A stretch of 62,936 nucleotides of DNA, the filler included, from Rhabdomonas costata (lineage: Eukaryota): NCBI GenBank assembly GCA_019059605.1. It is 41 parts of 41 records of this genome, joined end to end, with 100 filler letters (N's around TTAATTAATTAA, not from the genome) between each part and the next. Parts side by side here need not be neighbours in the genome. Positions count along the whole stretch, not along the records: positions 61,494 to 62,936 come from JAHMHO010015989.1; 40 more parts are not named here. The stretch is one strand, 5' to 3'. Positions 62,722 through 62,936 of this stretch are shown one piece after another. Within the stretch, counting starts at the first letter, position 1; every line of letters begins with the position of its first letter. The position numbers and the translations under genes are program-made. Under the pieces are notes generated by a model. It did not search any database. It was given only the letters and a program-made list of their open reading frames with translations, and was not told the DNA's origin.

Positions 62722-62936
62722 TACTCTCGCACATAACCCCCCACCTCAACCCCAGCCCAGTGCATCCATCATCCCGTCACACAGTACCTCGCACACCCAG
62801 AGCCCAACCCATCCTCCGATTTCAAATGCGAAGCATCCCACAATAAGACGACCTCCACCCCACAGTCGCAAAGAACCCGACAAAGAGCGTCCAAGGCAGG
62901 CGGAGATGGTGCCTTGCTGATGATGACCCAACCCCC

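Overview
This window is not one locus. It is 41 unrelated ~1.44-kb contigs joined by 40 artificial 100-nt linkers (44 N + TTAATTAATTAA + 44 N), so nothing can be inferred about linkage across linkers. G/T-only contig starts, A/C-only ends and terminal fold-backs point to whole-genome-amplified (single-cell-type) DNA. Most contigs come from an intron-rich flagellated eukaryote with TTAGGG repeats; a euglenid-like euglenozoan is my inference, not a demonstration. Exons I recognise by motif: EF-hand protein, aspartate aminotransferase, disintegrin-domain protein, DEAD-box helicase, alanyl-tRNA synthetase, proteasome alpha-2, two class III nucleotide cyclases, DDX60-like helicase, histidine kinase, TTLL, R3H protein, axonemal dynein heavy chain, NCAPG2, TYW5-like JmjC, POLE2, CSN3 and SRP9. 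Mobile DNA includes CRE-type non-LTR RT, Merlin/IS1595 transposase and MITE relics. Three things stand out. (1) Two AT-rich contigs look like decayed giant-virus (Imitervirales-like) DNA, with RPB5 and TTL-family pseudogenes and AAAATTGA motifs. (2) Many GT-AG introns have complementary 5' and 3' ends and lack a polypyrimidine tract. (3) NCAPG2 has a probable GA-AG intron bounded by a 9-nt direct repeat and closed by a terminal stem. All identifications are by eye; no database search was run.
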